From: Candidatus Sumerlaeaceae bacterium
Lineage (GTDB): Bacteria; Sumerlaeota; Sumerlaeia; Sumerlaeales; Sumerlaeaceae
Reading direction: 5' to 3'
Length of the DNA stretch: 64,000 nucleotides
Assembly (NCBI GenBank): GCA_049968255.1
Contig: JBMFRB010000001.1
Location: 320,001-384,000 of the forward strand
The notes beneath the pieces are model-generated. The model did no database searches and was not told the origin of the DNA. It was given only the letters and a program-made list of their open reading frames with translations. The position numbers and the translations under genes are program-made. Below are positions 60,028 through 64,000 of the stretch, piece by piece; position 1 is the stretch's first letter, and each line of letters starts with the position of its first letter.

Positions 60028-60830
60028 TGTTTCGTGCTCTTGTGACAGATGAGGGTAACAAACCATGCATAGCGCCGCAACGGAGGAAACAGGCAAAAGG
60101 CAAGGCGATCCAATACGTGGAGTGGTCGCAGAAATGCCCAGAAAAGGAAGGGGACGCGTAAGCCATACTGCCAGACAAACGCCAGAAAAGAGAAAAAGTA
60201 ATCGTACCGTTCGCTTACCAGGGGAAAGAGCCCTCGGACAAGCTGCGTCTGCGCCTGGTCAAAGTACTGTGCGATAGTTTGCCACTCACGGGGTGCAAAT
60301 GTTTTGCGGTACACACGAACCAGGGGATGGCGCGCGAGTGGTTCGGAGAACACTGCGACCCCAGAGAGGCTCATCACCCGTTTGCACTCTTCAAGGGCCT
60401 TCGGGAGGTTTGTGTGAATCAGAACCGCACGCGTGGCGATTGCGGGCACCAGATTCGACCGAAAAGGGAGGAACTCCGCTTTGCATGCGATAAACGAAAT
60501 TCGCGAAAAGGCTTCAGGGGGCAATAACTCTTCGACAAGACGGCGCAGGAGCTGAAGGCGCGAGAGCGAGAGATCGCAGGCAATCACGCGATAGCCAAGC
60601 TGCAATAACATAATAACTTCATAACTAAGACCCGCTCCAAGTTCCACGACAAGCGAGCAGTTATTATATTTGAGGAGCTCTAGAAAGAAACGCCGGTCGG
60701 GAACAAGGTAAAAGTCTTTTTCCGCTAGCAGAGTGGCGCACGCATCAACGAGTGGGTCACCGAGATTTGTGGGATCGAGATTCTCATCCCAATACCTGCG
60801 CTGGTCGAGTGGTCGTTCTTCAGCTTTCAT
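60024..60830 (-). CDS. Class I SAM-dependent methyltransferase
   Basis: VVELGAG, VIACDLS, AEFLPF, VLIH, ECKRVM..GVAVFSEP. Confidence 0.82.
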   Translation of the reverse strand: MKAEERPLDQRRYWDENLDPTNLGDPLVDACATLLAEKDFYLVPDRRFFLELLKYNNCSLVVELGAGLSYEVIMLLQLGYRVIACDLSLSRLQLLRRLVEELLPPEAFSRISFIACKAEFLPFRSNLVPAIATRAVLIHTNLPKALEECKRVMSLSGVAVFSEPLARHPLVRVYRKTFAPREWQTIAQYFDQAQTQLVRGLFPLVSERYDYFFSFLAFVWQYGLRVPFLFWAFLRPLHVLDRLAFCLFPPLRRYAWFVTLICHKSTKQ

Positions 60831-61350
60831 TTTCCGTTGCCTTCGCAATCAGCGCGGCAATCTGCTTGCGTTGCGACCGCCAGGCTTTGTCGTCGAGACG
60901 TAAAGCAAGAAACTTTTCGAGAAGCGACTCCCAGAACTTGTCAAAGTCCTCCAGCAATTGGAAACGCACAATCAAGTACTCCCCCCCTGAACCAGCACTT
61001 GCCGGTGACGGAAGATGCAGGCCGCTCACGAGGAACCGTGCTGCATGAAAGCTAAAGGTGTAGGTGACATTCTTGAAAATGAGACGTATGTGGGCCCGGT
61101 GAACTTTCTTGTTTTCGCGAAATGCGCGCAGGGCCTCTGGCGATTCGAGCGGCATTGTCCCTTTCAGAACGACTGACGTGGCCTCGCCATAGTCGTTGAC
61201 CAACTCGACAGGGGATTCGAACCAAATTTCAAAAGGCTCAAAGCCATCGAGGGCAACAGTGCCATTTCCCTTGAAGCTCAGCCAATAAAGCCACGTAGCG
61301 AATTCTCGCCCGAGAAACTCGGACGCCTGTAGCGCTTCAACTAGTCCCAC
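60820..61350 (-). CDS. Hypothetical protein (FLGREF.TWL.W family, RdgC-associated type)
   Basis: GTG start with SD GGGAG; FLGREFATWLYW, SPEALRAFRENKKV, FLALRL motifs, recalled from deltaproteobacterial RdgC-linked hypothetical proteins. Confidence 0.7.
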   Translation of the reverse strand: MGLVEALQASEFLGREFATWLYWLSFKGNGTVALDGFEPFEIWFESPVELVNDYGEATSVVLKGTMPLESPEALRAFRENKKVHRAHIRLIFKNVTYTFSFHAARFLVSGLHLPSPASAGSGGEYLIVRFQLLEDFDKFWESLLEKFLALRLDDKAWRSQRKQIAALIAKATENES

Positions 61351-61538
61351 GTCGCTTTACGCTCTCCCTTGTGAGCAAAGTTGCCCAAATCAAGACGCGC
61401 TCAGAGGGCACAAACAAGCCGAAAAGTATTGCAAGGATGCGTGAAACGACCAATGTAGCACATGTTCCGGCTGCTCTGCTCCCCTCTCGCTGCGGCACGC
61501 AGCGCCTGCTTCGTTCCCACCAAGTGAAACGCGCGGAA

Positions 61539-62708
61539 TCAACGCAACTTGAGCGTGCTCAGCCCAAGAAGGGCGAGGAGTCCCGCTACAATCCAAAATC
61601 GGATGATAATTTTGGATTCAGGAATACCTTTGCGCTCGTAGTGGTGGTGGATCGGTGACATGAGAAAAACGCGACGCCCCGTGAGCTTGTAAAAGCCGAC
61701 TTGAATAATAACAGAAAGAGCTTCGATTACAAAAATACCGCCCACCAAGAGAAGGATCAAATCCTGCTTTGTGATAAGCGCGACCGTGCCAATAAGGCCG
61801 CCAAGCGACAGCGAACCAGTGTCACCCATAAAAACCTGGGCGGGATAACAATTGTACCAGAGAAATCCCAAACAGGCACCAATGAGTGCTCCGATGAACA
61901 CGACAACCTCGTCGGCGCGTGGGATGTGCGGAACCATCAAGCGCGTGGCCAGAGCCTCGCTGCTGGCCACATAGGTGAAGATCCCATAGGTCATGGCGAC
62001 GATCGTCATGATGCCAATGCACAGCCCATCGAGTCCGTCGGTGAGATTGACCGCATTCGAAGAAGCAGTGAGGACAATCACAGCATAAAGCAGAAAAAAC
62101 GCGCCGAGAAAGGGATAGAGGCGCTTGAAAAAGGGTACAAGCAGATATTCGTAGCCTCTCCAAGGCCCAACCACGCTGCCGGCTTCGCGATAAGAGTATT
62201 TCACAGGTAAGACGTCGGTGTGGCCGAAGTAGTAGAGATAAAAACCGACGAAAAGACCAAGAATCACCTGTCCAAGGATTTTATTGCGGGCACTCAGCCC
62301 ATCCCATTTGCGCTTTGTCACTTTGAGATAATCGTCGAGAAAGCCAATCCCACCAAAACCAAAGGCGACGAGCAGTAGAAGCCACACGAGCGGATTCGTG
62401 AGATCACAGAAGGTGAGCACTGGGACCGTTAGGGATAGCAGAATGAGCACACCGCCCATGGTGGGTGTTCCTGCTTTTTTCCCATGCATTTGCGAGAGGT
62501 CAGGCGCGCCGTGAATTGTTACCGTCCGAATAGGCTGCCCAGCCTTGAGGGCTCGCAGCACAGCGATAATTCGGGGCCCCGTGACGAGCGAAAGAAGTAG
62601 AGCAAAGATCAGTGCGACGGCGGCACGAAAGGTCGTGAACTGGAATGGATTTACGTAGATTCCAGCGAGTTGGTGCCTGTGGAGATAATCCAAGAGGTGG
62701 TAAATCAT
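61539..62708 (-). CDS. mraY: Phospho-N-acetylmuramoyl-pentapeptide transferase
   Basis: KAGTPTMGG, IGFLDDY, SNAVNLTDGLDGL, VFMGDTGSL, MSPIHHHYE. Confidence 0.98.
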   Translation of the reverse strand: MIYHLLDYLHRHQLAGIYVNPFQFTTFRAAVALIFALLLSLVTGPRIIAVLRALKAGQPIRTVTIHGAPDLSQMHGKKAGTPTMGGVLILLSLTVPVLTFCDLTNPLVWLLLLVAFGFGGIGFLDDYLKVTKRKWDGLSARNKILGQVILGLFVGFYLYYFGHTDVLPVKYSYREAGSVVGPWRGYEYLLVPFFKRLYPFLGAFFLLYAVIVLTASSNAVNLTDGLDGLCIGIMTIVAMTYGIFTYVASSEALATRLMVPHIPRADEVVVFIGALIGACLGFLWYNCYPAQVFMGDTGSLSLGGLIGTVALITKQDLILLLVGGIFVIEALSVIIQVGFYKLTGRRVFLMSPIHHHYERKGIPESKIIIRFWIVAGLLALLGLSTLKLR

Positions 62709-64000
62709 TGGGCAGAGCTAGTCACAGCTCCTTTCAAATAATCGTAAACGCGTTCAAGTTTCATAAGGCGCGACCCTTTGATGAGCAAGAGGTCCCCCGG
62801 CTTCAAAACAGCCGCAAGGTTTTGCGCAAGTTTTTCTGTGTCGTCAAAGTGCTCAGCACTGAGACCAGCTTTTGCCGCAGCCTGAGCAGTCACCTGGGAT
62901 CGCGGGCCGTAGCAGAAAAGCTTTGTCAACCCGACGTGCGCTGCCACGACGCCCATTCGTTCATGATACATGTGCTCCCAAGATCCCAACTCAAGCATAT
63001 CGCCAAGCACGGCGTAGCGGCGACCGGGGACACAAAAATCCTGGAGGCTCAGCAATGCGGATTCGACCGCTGCTGGACTGGCATTGTAGTAATCTTTGAC
63101 GATAAAAATTCCGCCTAGCTCTTCCACTTGGCTGCGATTGTGGGCAGGCTGGAACTCCTCGAGTGCAGCGACAATGTTTTCCAGCGGCTCGTTGAAATAC
63201 CGAGCGATCGCCGAGGCAGCAAGCGCATTCACCACGTTATGCTGGCCGAACATTCGCAGTCTCACCGAGAGCGATGCTTGATCCTGAATTACGAGTTTGA
63301 ACGCGTAGCCAAAAGGAACTAGCGGCTCGATTTGCTTGGCACGCACGTCGGCTTCTGGTGCCAAACCAAATCGCATGACCTGACGTCCCGCGCCGAATTC
63401 GCGATAGGCGCGTTGGGAGTTTGGATCGTCGGCGTTCAAAATTAAACACGCCGTGGGCGAGGCGTAGCGCAGACTCTCAACCTTAGCCAGGTAAAGCTCC
63501 TCCGCTGATTTGAACATCCCGATATGAGCATTTCGGATGTTCGAAAGAACAACACAGTTGGGCTGAACGATTTCCGTGAGGCGGCGAAGCTCGCCAGGCG
63601 AGTTCATCCCGAGCTCGATAACGGCGGCCTTGTGTGAAGGTTCCAGGCGAAACAGTGTCAGCGGCACTCCGACGAGATTGTTGAGATTTCCTTCTGTGGC
63701 AAGCGTGGGCCTCGTCCGCGAAAGAAGTTTTGCCGCCATCTCTTTGATGGTTGTTTTGCCGCTTGAACCGACAAGTGCTGCGACTTCCACGTGCGAAACT
63801 TTTTGCCGCCAAAGTCGCGCTATTTCGCCAAGCGCATAGAGAGTATCCGGAACCACAAGTTGCGGAATGCTTCGCGGCGTTGGGACAACATGATCCACAA
63901 CTACAGCGCAGGCGCCGGCTTGCACAACTTCGGGGACAAACTGATGCGCGTCGAATGCCGTGCCACGCAAAGCAACAAAGAGCTCGCCCCCACGCAGGGT
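62705..64000 (-). CDS. murF: UDP-MurNAc-tripeptide:D-Ala-D-Ala ligase (5' end beyond the window)
   Basis: ELFVALRGTAFDAH, GSSGKTTIKE, GNLNNLVGVPLT, IELGMN, DYYNASP, LGDMLELG, KGSR; ATGA overlap with mraY. Confidence 0.96.
   Translation of the reverse strand, partial: TLRGGELFVALRGTAFDAHQFVPEVVQAGACAVVVDHVVPTPRSIPQLVVPDTLYALGEIARLWRQKVSHVEVAALVGSSGKTTIKEMAAKLLSRTRPTLATEGNLNNLVGVPLTLFRLEPSHKAAVIELGMNSPGELRRLTEIVQPNCVVLSNIRNAHIGMFKSAEELYLAKVESLRYASPTACLILNADDPNSQRAYREFGAGRQVMRFGLAPEADVRAKQIEPLVPFGYAFKLVIQDQASLSVRLRMFGQHNVVNALAASAIARYFNEPLENIVAALEEFQPAHNRSQVEELGGIFIVKDYYNASPAAVESALLSLQDFCVPGRRYAVLGDMLELGSWEHMYHERMGVVAAHVGLTKLFCYGPRSQVTAQAAAKAGLSAEHFDDTEKLAQNLAAVLKPGDLLLIKGSRLMKLERVYDYLKGAVTSSAQ

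Overview
A gene-dense, mid-to-high-GC chromosomal window from a diderm, lipid-A-making bacterium (lpxC, fabZ, bamA, skp, type IV pilus pilT/pilC). It is mostly housekeeping: pnp, rpsO, gyrB, trpS, tRNA-Leu(TAA), hisA/hisF, trxA, rpoD, dnaG, HU, tlyA, NAD kinase, aroA, xseA, queA, rsmE, gmd, mraY, murF. I see no integrase, transposase, prophage or CRISPR array. Gene order is scrambled relative to model bacteria, suggesting a poorly studied lineage (inference; taxonomy cannot be fixed from this window). The most unusual items are: (1) a TsaC/YrdC t6A enzyme fused behind a degenerate PurE-like domain and a double Clp-N domain; (2) a secreted protein with six copies of an ~90-aa Cys-rich repeat around a LamG-like domain, whose paired Cys losses suggest the disulfide map; (3) two structured leaders 51 kb apart, both upstream of secreted-protein genes, sharing three ordered sequence words; (4) a PorU/gingipain-like C25 peptidase coupled to a Kdo/RIO-like kinase and flanked by a glycosyltransferase, lying between dnaG and rpoD; (5) a perfect Shine-Dalgarno in front of an ATA-start uORF overlapping the rpoD start; (6) a Deinococcus/G10-like EPSP synthase. 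All family calls are by-eye motif recognition; no database searches were run.
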